Shown here: positions 53,945 through 64,000 of the stretch, piece by piece
Numbering within the stretch: the first letter of the stretch is position 1
Layout of the letters: the number at the start of each line of letters is the position of its first letter
Source: Candidatus Bathyarchaeota archaeon
GTDB lineage: Archaea; Thermoproteota; Bathyarchaeia; Bathyarchaeales; DTEX01
Direction: 5' to 3'
Assembly: GCA_963714275.1 (NCBI GenBank)
Contig: CAVQNT010000001.1
Span: 1-64,000 of the forward strand
Length of the DNA: 64,000 nt
Translations under genes and position numbers: made by a program
The notes under the pieces: generated by a model
What the model was told of the DNA's origin: nothing
Seen by the model: only the letters and a program-made list of their open reading frames with translations
Databases searched by the model: none

Positions 53945-54324
53945 AATTATGTTGGGTGCAACATAGCCTTCTCAAATCACACAGAATCGAATTAGGGCGA
54001 CAGCGAGTTCTCGATTTTCCAGTATCTTCAGATGAAGTCTAAAGTTACAGCTGTTACTCAATCGCCGTCTGAATCATCTAATACGAGAATGCTTCGACTA
54101 TTAAGATAAATCAAAGAAACGTTTCCTTGTCTTGGCTTGCGAAGTTTTTCGATGTACGTGTTTTGAAGAATCCGATTTGTGTATCTATTTCCAAAAAGAA
54201 TACCTGGAGCCCCTTTTCTCTTCCCCAATTGTACCTCAGTAGATGAGCGCACTTCTGGCTGTCTTTGCTTCCACGCTTATATACGTTCAAGATTAGTAAA
54301 TGAAGCTTAACGGAGAGTTGTTCA

Positions 54325-55049
54325 ATGAGCCAAACTAAGCATGTGTTCGAAACGAAAATCGAGAAAAAGGTGACCCTAAAGTACCTGCTTTACCTGCCGA
54401 AAGGCTACAACAAGAAACGGGACGCCGAGTGGCCGACAATCCTGTTCCTGCACGGGATGGGCGAGAGGGGAGACGACCTTGAAATTGTCAAGAAGCACGG
54501 AATCCCCAAGATCGCTGAGGGAAAGGACGATTTTCCGTTCATCGCCATCTCGCCGCAGTGCCCCGTGACTTCCTTGTGGACAACGATGATGGATGAGCTT
54601 CACGCCTTACTCGTGGACGCTGTGCAACGGTACAAAGTTGACGAATCACGCGTCTACCTGACTGGGCTAAGCATGGGAGGATACGGAGCGTGGTACCTAG
54701 CTGGACTTACCCAGAGCTTTTCGCAGCGGTGGTTCCCATCTGCGGAGGTATGGTCCGAGACTCAGAATTTCGGGATAGGATCGAAGCTCTAAAAGACGTG
54801 CCGATCTGGATTTTTCACGGCGCAAAGGACGAAGCTGTGCTGATTAAAAACTCGAAAGAACTTTACAATGCTCTCAAAAAGCTTGGAGGAAACGTGAAGT
54901 TCACCGTTTACTCAGATTTGGGTCACGATTCGTGGACGAAAACCTACGACAATCCTAACCTTTACAAATGGCTGCTTAAACAGAAACGCCAGCCAAAGAA
55001 GGGCATTTTATTAAACAAGGATCTAATGAAGAAGGATTCCTGCATTTAA
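54325..55049 (+). CDS. Carboxylesterase / prolyl-oligopeptidase-like alpha/beta hydrolase (frameshift ~54705)
   Basis: FLHGMGERG, PQCP, TGLSMGGYG, IFHGAKD, GHDSW. Confidence 0.88.
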
Positions 55050-55184
55050 CAACAAATAGTGCACACTTCCATCTATGACTTTTTACTCTAAAAGACACTC
55101 TCGGAAAAATTTCTAAACCAAAAACCAAGATGACTGGATAGTTCGTTCGAAACATTTAAACCGTTTTTTAGCTGAGTTTATGGC

Positions 55185-55664
55185 ATGCCATTTTCTCGCA
55201 AGTTCAGGGAAGGAATGGGGTTCCCGAAGGAAGGTCAAGTCGTAAATGGGTTTACGGTGGAATCCGTTTCTGTTGGTCACGTTAATGTCGGCGTAGGTCG
55301 ATATGAGTATCCCTTTGAGTTAACTGTTAAAGGAGAAGGAAACATAAACAAAGTCAAAGCCACGTTCAAAGAGTTCTTCAAGACCCGAAGGACGCTTTTC
55401 TCGGAGTTTGGAAACCCGTATCAATGCCAGCACGGAAAAATGGAAGTTAATGACTTGGGCGATGGAAAGTTTTCAGTGACGTCTCGCGGGTCTTGCACAC
55501 GGGTTTTCCTGAAAGACGAATTTGAAAGATTCGTGGCATATCTTACAGAAAACGGGTATGTTGCTGGCGAAAAAGACGAAGTAGGATGGAAAGAAACAAT
55601 CGAAAAATACTTGAAACAATACGAAAAGATCTCATCAAAAAGAAATCAGTCTTCGGTTAACTAG
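55185..55664 (+). CDS. Hypothetical protein
   Basis: 159-aa ORF with TTTAAA box ~25 nt upstream. Confidence 0.65.
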   Translation: MPFSRKFREGMGFPKEGQVVNGFTVESVSVGHVNVGVGRYEYPFELTVKGEGNINKVKATFKEFFKTRRTLFSEFGNPYQCQHGKMEVNDLGDGKFSVTSRGSCTRVFLKDEFERFVAYLTENGYVAGEKDEVGWKETIEKYLKQYEKISSKRNQSSVN

Positions 55665-55766
55665 ACCAGCTCTACTCTTTTATTATTCATGAGTTTCCTG
55701 TTCAAGTTAGAGAATAGAAAAAGTTATGCAATGTACGCGGTATAGTCGTTCAGGCGGTTAACACGT

Positions 55767-56888
55767 ATGAGAATGCCACATCGGGAAAGATTCTTCGCCG
55801 CGGTTGACCTGAAGCAGCCGGATATGGTTCCGATCACGGATCTTGGTCTCGATCCGCCGATTATTGAGGCGATTACAGGCGAGAGTCTAGGCGGGTTCAG
55901 CCTCATAGCTGGTTCTGAAGACAATCCATGGGCAGCATCTGTGCAAAGCAGGATTGCTCTTGTAAAAGCGTGCCAGAAGCTTGGGTTTGACGCTATTCCC
56001 GCTATAAGTGACTATGCGCTTTGCAGTGTGGGCTACAAGCCTAAGTTTCTTTCTGCTACCCGGTTTATTGACGAGTGGGGTAGAATATTGGACTCCAGAC
56101 GGGAAACAAAAACAACTTGGTGGGTCAGTGGAACAGTGGAAACCGAAGAGGAAATGGAGAACTATGTGCCGCCTGATCCTAAGGCTGAAGGCATGTACGA
56201 AATGGCTGAAAAAGCCATCAAACCTTTAAAAGATAAGGATGTCGCTGTTGTCTGTCAGGGACACGCAGGTTGGCACATGGCCTTCCAAGTCCGAGGTGGA
56301 ATTGACAAACTCATCATAGACATGTACCGCAAACCCAAAGCAGCCAGTAAATTCATGGAAAAGATTGCTGTTACCTGCCGTGGTATGGTTAAACTGATGC
56401 TTGAAGCCGGCGCGGAAGTGGCGTTCGTTACAGATGACTACGCGGATTGCCATTCGCCGCTGATGAGCCTGAAACAGTTCAGGGAATTCGAGCTTCCCAA
56501 CATCCGCAGCATGGTCGCTTTAGCTAAAAAGAAGGGAGTTCCAGTTCTAAAACATTCAGACGGAAACATTTACCCAATTCTCGACGACATGATTGAAGCT
56601 GGAATCCATGGCGTCCACCCAATTGAGCCGGGAGCAATGGACCTGAAAGACGTGAAGGAAAGGTACGGAAGTCGAATCTGCATCCTAGGCAACGTTGACT
56701 GCCGTTATGTTCTGCCCTTTGGAACCGAGGAGGATGTGCGCCGAGATGTTCGCCGATGCATAGACGCTGCAGCCAAAGGTGGAGGCTACGTTCTCGCATC
56801 AAGCAACTCTCTGCACGCAAACTGCAAGGTTGAAAATATTTACACCATGATTGACGAAGCCCGAAAATATGGTAAATATCCTGTTTAG
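55767..56888 (+). CDS. Uroporphyrinogen decarboxylase / MT2 methyltransferase-family protein
   Basis: DEWG, TDDYA, HSDGN, GNVDC, GGGYVLASSNS. Confidence 0.85.
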   Translation: MRMPHRERFFAAVDLKQPDMVPITDLGLDPPIIEAITGESLGGFSLIAGSEDNPWAASVQSRIALVKACQKLGFDAIPAISDYALCSVGYKPKFLSATRFIDEWGRILDSRRETKTTWWVSGTVETEEEMENYVPPDPKAEGMYEMAEKAIKPLKDKDVAVVCQGHAGWHMAFQVRGGIDKLIIDMYRKPKAASKFMEKIAVTCRGMVKLMLEAGAEVAFVTDDYADCHSPLMSLKQFREFELPNIRSMVALAKKKGVPVLKHSDGNIYPILDDMIEAGIHGVHPIEPGAMDLKDVKERYGSRICILGNVDCRYVLPFGTEEDVRRDVRRCIDAAAKGGGYVLASSNSLHANCKVENIYTMIDEARKYGKYPV

Positions 56889-56972
56889 GTAAATTGATTG
56901 AGCCTTGTTTCTTTGTTTTTAAAAGGAAATCGGGAAAGCTAGCTATTTCGACTTCCGAAAGCACTTTTTCTT

Positions 56973-57449
56973 TTAGTCTTTTAAAGAGCCCGTTGAAGCT
57001 TTCACAATCTCTTTCAACTCTGATATACGTCGGCTTCGTGTCTCAGCTGCTTTCTTGAAGGCTCTCGGTATTGTGGCAAGTAACTGCCCCGAACGCTCAG
57101 CAGCACTCACGTAAAATTCAACGACCCTTTCTTCCAGCTTTAATGCTGTCTTCAAATCGTCTGTGTAAATAACCTTTTCTGATAGAACTGCTTTGATATG
57201 TAGGTCACTGAGTCTTAAGCCTTTGAAAGAGAAACAAGCCTCAAGAGCGTCTGTAATTGTCTCTTGGTAAGTTCTAGTCACCAAAGTCCTGCTTTTTTCG
57301 CATTCTTTAGCAAACTTTAGGAACGTTTCTTTGTTCTTGGTGTATTTATCAGCCATTTCTCTGTAAAACCGAGAGGAGTCGGTCTCAAGCCTTTCGACGA
57401 AGCTTATGACGGCTGAGGCTGTTGCTTCATCCGAGCCCGATTCGTTCAT
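56973..57449 (-). CDS. Ferritin/rubrerythrin-like protein
   Basis: Paired LE....FY helices. Confidence 0.65.
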   Translation of the reverse strand: MNESGSDEATASAVISFVERLETDSSRFYREMADKYTKNKETFLKFAKECEKSRTLVTRTYQETITDALEACFSFKGLRLSDLHIKAVLSEKVIYTDDLKTALKLEERVVEFYVSAAERSGQLLATIPRAFKKAAETRSRRISELKEIVKASTGSLKD

Positions 57450-57450
57450 G

Positions 57451-58974
57451 TTAGAACCACCTTTGGATGACGACTTTGCTTTCGGTGAAGAACCTGATTG
57501 CCTCTTGACCTTGTCCGTGCAACACGCCGAAGAAGGAGTTTTTCATTCCGCTGAAGGGAAAGAACGCCATTGGGGCAACTATGCCTATGTTGACGCCGAT
57601 GTTGCCGCATTGAACCCTGTACTGGAACTCGCGAGCCCATTTTCCGCTTGAGGTGAATATTGACGCTGCGTTGCCGTAGGGATTGCTGTGAATCATTTCA
57701 ACCGCTTCATCAAAGGTCCTAGCCTTAATGACGCATGTTACGGGTCCAAAAATTTCGTCTTTTCCGATGCTCATGTCAGGAGAAACATTCTCGAACACAG
57801 ACGGATTCAGGAAGCAGTCTTTAGGCCAATCGCCGACGAGCTTCACGTTTCTGCCATCAAGCATTAAATCAGCACCTTCTTCGACCCCTTTCTCTATAAA
57901 TTTTATGACCTGTTCTTTTTTGCCCTTGTCACGTAAAGGTCCAACTTGGACCGTTTCGTCGAGCCCATAGCCGACCCTGATTTTTGACGCTGCATTCACG
58001 TAGGCGTTCATGACCTTCTTGTAGAACGCGTCATATTCTGGTTCGCTGATTCCCTCGCCCACGACGACGAGGTTTCCTCCAGCAAGGCAACGTTGACCCG
58101 CATTTCCATAGAAAGACGTCATACAAGAAGCAACAGTTTTTTCTATGTCAGCATCGGGCATCACCAAAAGAAAGTTTTTGGCGCCACATTGGGCGATAAC
58201 CCTTTTGCCTGTTTCGCCGCACTTCCTGTAGACAACGTCTCTTCCGACGGCGGTGGAGCCGACGAAACAGATTCCTTCAATGTCAGGATGGTTCAGCATG
58301 GCTGAAACAGTCGACCGTCCGCCGTTGACGATGTTCCAAACGCCCGGCGGGAACCCCGCTTCTTCAACCAGCTCAGCCAATTTGGCTTGGCTTACGGGGT
58401 CCTCGCTTGAGGGCTTCATGACTATGCAGTTTCCCGCCGCGACAGCGTATGGGGCGAACCAAAGTGGAACCATAAACGGAAAGTTGTAGGGACCTATTAT
58501 GCCGAATACTCCGAGCGGCTGACGAATAAGGTATTCATCTATACCCGCAGCGATGTCTTCCAAGTTGTAGCCCATCATCAAAGACGGAATGCCCGTAGCG
58601 ACCTCGATTTGTTCGATTCCTCGCCTTGTTTCCCCACGTGCCTCATCGATAGTTTTTCCGTGCTCCATTGTCTGAATTCGACTTAGCGCTTCAAACTGTT
58701 CCTCCACAAGGTCTTTTAACCTGAAAAGGCACCTTGCACGGGCAAGCGGGGGAGTCCTCCGCCAGTCTGGGAAGGCTTCTTTTGCTACGTCGACAGCTTC
58801 GTTTAATTCGTTTTCAGTCGAAATGGGAACCCGCGCTATAACCTTAAGCGTAGCTGGGTTAACGACGTCCACGATTTCTCCTTTCGACTCAACCCATTCG
58901 TTGCCTACGTAGTTTTTGATGTCAAGAATCTTTTTAATCGGTTCTTCCAATACAGTCATACTATAGTCCTCCAA
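57451..58974 (-). CDS. mmsA: CoA-acylating (methyl)malonate-semialdehyde dehydrogenase
   Basis: PYNFPFM, FVGST, GAKN, AGQRC, EIFGP, PYGNAASIFT. Confidence 0.9.
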   Translation of the reverse strand: MEDYSMTVLEEPIKKILDIKNYVGNEWVESKGEIVDVVNPATLKVIARVPISTENELNEAVDVAKEAFPDWRRTPPLARARCLFRLKDLVEEQFEALSRIQTMEHGKTIDEARGETRRGIEQIEVATGIPSLMMGYNLEDIAAGIDEYLIRQPLGVFGIIGPYNFPFMVPLWFAPYAVAAGNCIVMKPSSEDPVSQAKLAELVEEAGFPPGVWNIVNGGRSTVSAMLNHPDIEGICFVGSTAVGRDVVYRKCGETGKRVIAQCGAKNFLLVMPDADIEKTVASCMTSFYGNAGQRCLAGGNLVVVGEGISEPEYDAFYKKVMNAYVNAASKIRVGYGLDETVQVGPLRDKGKKEQVIKFIEKGVEEGADLMLDGRNVKLVGDWPKDCFLNPSVFENVSPDMSIGKDEIFGPVTCVIKARTFDEAVEMIHSNPYGNAASIFTSSGKWAREFQYRVQCGNIGVNIGIVAPMAFFPFSGMKNSFFGVLHGQGQEAIRFFTESKVVIQRWF

Positions 58975-58978
58975 AATA

Positions 58979-60195
58979 TCATTTTATTCCTAATTTTTCG
59001 TTAATTTCATTCTGGTAACTCTCAATTTCGCAGTTTTCAACCTCACTCACCTTCACTGGTTTACCAATATATGAAGACTCGAATATCGCCATGGGCACAG
59101 CCACAGCCTTAGCTCCCAAAACGCCGTCAACTTCAGGTCTCCCATGATTCAATATGGCGTCGGCGAAGTCCAGAATCTCAATGGCAAAGCTCGGGTCGCT
59201 TCCCCAAAAAGTGGCTTTATAGTCTGAGCCTAATCCTTTAGGGAAGAATTTTTCTCTTGACTCTTCGCTGAGGTTACGAAGCATCATGTCTGTCAACTTT
59301 TCGAGCTCCAAAACTTTATGTACAGAACCATTTGCAGCGGGAACGCCAAGACCGTGTTGCCAATCGACAGAACCTCGAGTTCCATAAATTGCCCGGTGCA
59401 ACAAACCTTCTCCAGGAGCGGATTTTGTCCAAGTCCACTGACCCAGAACTCCATTATTGAATTTGAAAACAGCCATAGACATGTCTTCGACGGTGCAATC
59501 AACAGGCTTCTTTTTCTCTGGCCAATCCAGATAGCGCACTGGTTCCAGAGACTTGACGGCTGCGTAAACTTCATCGATTTCGCCAAGATTGTAAAGCAGC
59601 AGATCGCCCAAGTGCGACCCGACGTCTAAAACCCATCCGCCGCCAGCTCTAAACTTGTCGTGACGCCAAGGGGTCCCGTCAACAACGCTGAGGTCGTAGG
59701 TTAATTCCTGCCAGACGGTGAAGCGGGGGTCGCCTATCATCCCTTGGTCTATGACCCACTTGATGGCACGGTTCAGTGCTGCCCTCCGAAGGTTTTCGGC
59801 TGTTGCTAAAACGCGGTTGTTTCTATTTGCACTTCGTTCATGAGCCTGCATGCCCTCATCGTTATTCCTAGGGGCTTTTCGACAATAGCGTGTTTGCCAG
59901 CATCAAGGCACGAAACCGCTATGTTGTGGTGGCTTCTGTGGTCGGTGCAGATGTCAACAGCGTCAAGACCCTTTTCCTTCTCCAGCATGGTTTCATAGTT
60001 AGTGTAAACCTTTGGCTTTTTTTCCTGAAAACTGCCTATTTCCTCAGCGAGCCTTTGAGCCTTCTCTATTGTGGTGCTGCAGACGGCTTGAAGGTTGATT
60101 TTTTGGATGTTTCTGCTGCGAAGTAGGCTAAGCCCTGCTGCATGGTGATGAGAAATTAAGCCGCATCCTATGATTGCCAAGTTGATTTCGGACAT
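58979..60195 (-). CDS. Gfo/Idh/MocA-family oxidoreductase (frameshift ~59830)
   Basis: IIGCG, VEKPLG, AENLR, LDVGSH. Confidence 0.88.
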
Positions 60196-60296
60196 AGACT
60201 CACTTTTTTTCCGTATATTGTTCTTTATGGATATTTAATCTTATAGATGAACAGGTGAACCAAACGGGTTTTTTCAGGAAAAAGACAAAAAAATTT

Positions 60297-61659
60297 CTAG
60301 AAAATTCTATAATACGGGTCGACGTTACTGCCGACAGATTCAGTATTTCCTACGAGATGCTGTACGTTCATGGGAAGACTTGTTGTAGACTCCGATTTCC
60401 GCGTTTTTCTTCCAAAACGCATTCTCGATTACATAATACAGGACGGGAAAGACGGGCTTGCCCCTTTCTTCGAAGCCGATTAGGGCGATGTCAACGGCGA
60501 GACCGACTTTTTTTCCCAGAGGATTCTCGGTGTAAGGCGTGACCGCGCCATAACCTTCTTGGCATTCTGAGCATCCCATGTTGTGGATGAAAGTGTAAGG
60601 TTCATGGGGAGCGCCTACGCCTTGGTCTATGGTGTTTACTTTAAGTGTTTCGATGAACTTTTTCCCCTGCTGGTCAATGTATTTCGAAGGAAGACTTTCT
60701 TTTGCAGCTTTCTTCGTTGCATCCATAACCGTAACGTACAGACTTTCAACTGCTTCAATAAATCCTTGCTGTTGAGCGTCAGGTTCCTTCCCCGCACACA
60801 CTGTGCGCCTTATTACGCCGTGGTACCCCCTGAAGGACGGACTTAAGCCCATCGAGACCATTTCTCCTTTTCGGATAATCTTGTTTGTCGCTGGCCCTAT
60901 CACCGTATAGTTTCTCTCGCCAGAGGTCACGATCGTGACGAAACCCGTTCTTTCGGCGCCTAACGCCTTCATAACGAAGTCTCCAACGGAAGCGACCTGA
61001 AGCTCCGTCGCCCCCGGCACCGTGACAGCCAACATCCCTCTGAACGCGGCATCAGCGATTTTGTTAGCTTCCTGAAGTATGGCGAGCTCGTTGTCCGACT
61101 TTTCGTACTTTGCTAATTGTAAAATCTCGGCGTCGAAGACCACGTTGTCTTTTCTGAAGTGCGATTGAAACATTAACAACTGGGCTTGAGGCAAAACCTC
61201 CGTTGCTGAGGCTACCGCAACTTTTCCTTCGCATTCGGGAACATTCATTTTCTTCAAAATCTGTTTCAAGCCAAGAAAGTGTGCCCACCTGTACTCCTCG
61301 TCGGAAATCTGGAACTCCCTAAGCAGCGAAATCTCAGCTCCTGATTTTTCAGCATCTTCTTCGAGGACGTGGCCTCCTTCAGAGCCTGCTAGAATGTGCG
61401 GTTTTCCTTCGCGCGGCAACAAAACGCCATATCGTTCAATCATTGGGTCAAATGTGCCTACAAGCCAAGCGGAGTCGCTTCTGTCCAGTTCGCTTCCGCA
61501 GACATACAGCAGATCGTAACCTTTCTTGTCCATGGCTTCTTGGATTTTTTTCCATCTTTCTTCGTACTCTTTCCGTGAGACATGCAAATCCGTTTTGATT
61601 GTTGAGGCGAACTCATCAAGGATTTGTCCCGCTATTTTGCTTAAATTCTTGTTTTCCAA
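60297..61659 (-). CDS. M24/creatinase-fold protein with degenerate metal site (indel near C-terminus)
   Basis: EYEERW N-domain, KSDNE, PGATE, GY..RT, IEN. Confidence 0.75.
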
Positions 61660-61698
61660 TATACTTCACCTGTCAAAATTTTGCTTCATGAGACCGTC

Positions 61699-63033
61699 TC
61701 ATCCGCTATTTTTATCGATGAATTGAGGCAGATACTTACTGTGCGCCTTAAGCAGTTCAGAACATATCTTCTCAGCCTTATCAAATGTTACGGGCCATCT
61801 GGGATGAGCCATGAGCGCCTGCAACAACAATTCTTTGTCGCCTGAAAGCGCTGCGTCAACGGTTAACTCTTCCCAGTGAATTATGGCGGAGGCTAGCTCT
61901 TGCAGGCCTTTAGGAAGCTTTCCCATGCAAAGCGGTCTTATGCCGTTTGCGTCAATCAACGCGGGAACTTCAACTATTGAGCCATGGGGCAAATTATGGA
62001 TTGCTCCTTCGTTCGGGATGTTCAGATGCAATTCTGTCTGCCTGTTTGCTGCAATAGCCATGATTATTTGTGTAGCTAAGTCGCCATGGGTTACACCAGT
62101 GTGATGCATGCTGCTGTCCATTAGGGTCATAGACTCTCCTCTCGCTATTGTTTCGTATTTTTTCCATTGTATCGGGAGTTCCTTCATGAACGTTCTGTAT
62201 AGTGACCAACATCCGTTTCTGTAGAAGGCTAGGGCTTCATCGTGATGAAAATACGGGAACAGATACACTGAGTTCGCTGGATAAAAGCCGTAGATTTCCA
62301 TAATCTCTGCGTCGAATTCAAACTCCCTCTTAATCTCTGGCTTTTCAGCCTTCTCAATTTCGTCTATTATGTGCTGTTCAAGAAGGGGATAACCGTCTTC
62401 ACCGTTGACCCGAATGTCGATTATCCAGTTGGCTGGGTGATTTGTGCCTGCGCACCTGAGACAAACTTCCTCTTTTCTCTTTTTGAAGGATTCTGCTAAT
62501 TCGTGACTTAATCCGTTGCCTCCTCCGTCACAGACTGCTATGCACTTGATTTTGCTCTTACGGCGTATTGCGTCAGCAACAAAATTGGTCGGATTAGTGT
62601 AATTAATCAGCCAAGCGTCTGGACAATTGATTTCTATGCTTCTGCACAGATTCAGCATCTGCGGTATGGAACGCAAGGCATAAAATGTCCCACCGGGGCC
62701 GGTCGTTTCGTTTCCATAAATGCCATACTTTACTGGGATTTCTTCGTCCAGTCTGAGGCTTTCGATTCCGCCTGCCCGGAAATTCGATATAACAAACGTT
62801 GATCCGTCGAGAGATTCCTTCAAATCGGTTGTTGCCGTAATTTTTAATTTGCTTTTTGCTTCCTCCGCAATTTTTATGCCCAACGCCTGCATCAAAGGTA
62901 ACCGAGAAGGATTAATGTCCATTAGACAAATCTCAGTTTCTGAGAAAACTTCTCCCGAGTGGGCAAACGAGTACAAAACAGCGGGAATGTAGGGGCTGCA
63001 GCCACCGATTATGGCAATCTTGTTAATATTCAT
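61699..63033 (-). CDS. Glycoside hydrolase family 4
   Basis: IIGGCS, RAGG, DEEIP.KYG.GNETTGPGG, NYTNP, VCD, GTNH, VEVPA. Confidence 0.92.
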   Translation of the reverse strand: MNINKIAIIGGCSPYIPAVLYSFAHSGEVFSETEICLMDINPSRLPLMQALGIKIAEEAKSKLKITATTDLKESLDGSTFVISNFRAGGIESLRLDEEIPVKYGIYGNETTGPGGTFYALRSIPQMLNLCRSIEINCPDAWLINYTNPTNFVADAIRRKSKIKCIAVCDGGGNGLSHELAESFKKRKEEVCLRCAGTNHPANWIIDIRVNGEDGYPLLEQHIIDEIEKAEKPEIKREFEFDAEIMEIYGFYPANSVYLFPYFHHDEALAFYRNGCWSLYRTFMKELPIQWKKYETIARGESMTLMDSSMHHTGVTHGDLATQIIMAIAANRQTELHLNIPNEGAIHNLPHGSIVEVPALIDANGIRPLCMGKLPKGLQELASAIIHWEELTVDAALSGDKELLLQALMAHPRWPVTFDKAEKICSELLKAHSKYLPQFIDKNSG

Positions 63034-63108
63034 CTATTCCACCCTGTCAATTTTTTTACATGTTTTTCTATATTGCCATGGTTCGTTGTTCATTCAGGGT
63101 GACCCTTT

Positions 63109-64000
63109 TTACAATCCCGTAATTTTCTTAAGCCGCGGATTGTATGCCTCGTCGAGCCCGATGTTGATCAGGTTCAGCGAAACGAAAATTAGAACCAGAA
63201 ACAGTATTGGCGGAATAATCGCGTATAGTCTCGTAGTTAGGAAACCTTGGGCAATTGCTAGTTTCACGAGGTAGCCAAGAGTTACCAAGTTAATTGGGCC
63301 TACGCCTATTAACATCCTAAATCCTGTTTCGATCATCATGGCTGCCAGTATGGCTTCTGCAAACCCGACTCCAATGTACGGAAGAACGTTGGGGGCAATT
63401 TCTTTGAAAATGACCTCTAAATCGTTCTCTCCGGACAGTTTAGCCAGTTCAACATACGGTCTCTCTTTGACGCTTAAGACCTGAGACCTTAAAAGCCGCG
63501 TTACGCCGGGCCAGCCAAAAATTCCTATTATTAAGCTTAGACTGAGTATGTCCATTTGTTTCAGGTACAACGTCAGGAAAATTACTAACGGCCACGTCGG
63601 AATGACCAATAATGCGTCTGTTATGGACCTTAACGCGTGATCCACCAGTCCCCCTTTGTATCCACTAAGAACCCGATTGTTAACGCTATCAGTATGTCGA
63701 TGATGCCAGCCACCAACCCTATTGTCAAAGTGTATCTTGTTCCCATAAGAAGCAAGGCGAACATGTCTCGACCGTATGGATCGGTTCCTAAAGGAAGCGA
63801 ATATGATGGAAGCAGATATCCTGAATGTTCTCCAATCTCCAAGGGGCTTTTTCCATTAAGCCTATAGTAATTTATCGCGGGTTCAAGAAGTGATATGGCT
63901 ATAAAAATTGCCAACAACGATATACCTATCTTTGTTTTAAGGTTCATTCTTGCGATGCTTACTATGACCTTGAACGGGTACAGCAGAATCTTTTTTATTT
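63109..64000 (-). CDS. OppC/DppC-type ABC permease (frameshift ~63650; N-terminus runs off window)
   Basis: PLGTDPYGRD, ERPYVELAKLSG, DEAYNPRL; frame stays open upstream of Met 63947. Confidence 0.88.

Overview
Archaeal chromosomal window, most likely Bathyarchaeia. The taxon is inferred from archaeosine tRNA-guanine transglycosylase (TgtA), a beta-CASP ribonuclease, TrmB, SepCysS, a tungsten AOR/WOR5-type operon with a MoaD/SAMP protein, many sugar and peptide catabolic genes, TATA-box promoters and C/D box sRNAs. About 20 genes are split by single-base indels, probably long-read consensus errors rather than true pseudogenes. Non-coding features read directly from the sequence are a TPP riboswitch in front of thiT, two canonical C/D box sRNAs and several operator-like repeats. 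The most unusual signals are three. (i) An unannotated ~290-nt AT-rich segment at 26.9-27.2 kb can fold into a nested multi-helix structure on the + strand and lies between 12-bp direct repeats TAGCTGAGCTAG, part of a motif family that recurs in intergenic DNA. (ii) A large FtsX-type permease ends in a CARF-like domain. (iii) An M24-fold protein lacking its metal-binding aspartates sits inside a sugar-catabolic operon. Gene remnants include NuoA plus a truncated NuoB-like subunit, a class II aldolase, a GH51-like hydrolase and an IS110 transposase. No rRNA, tRNA or CRISPR array was recognised.
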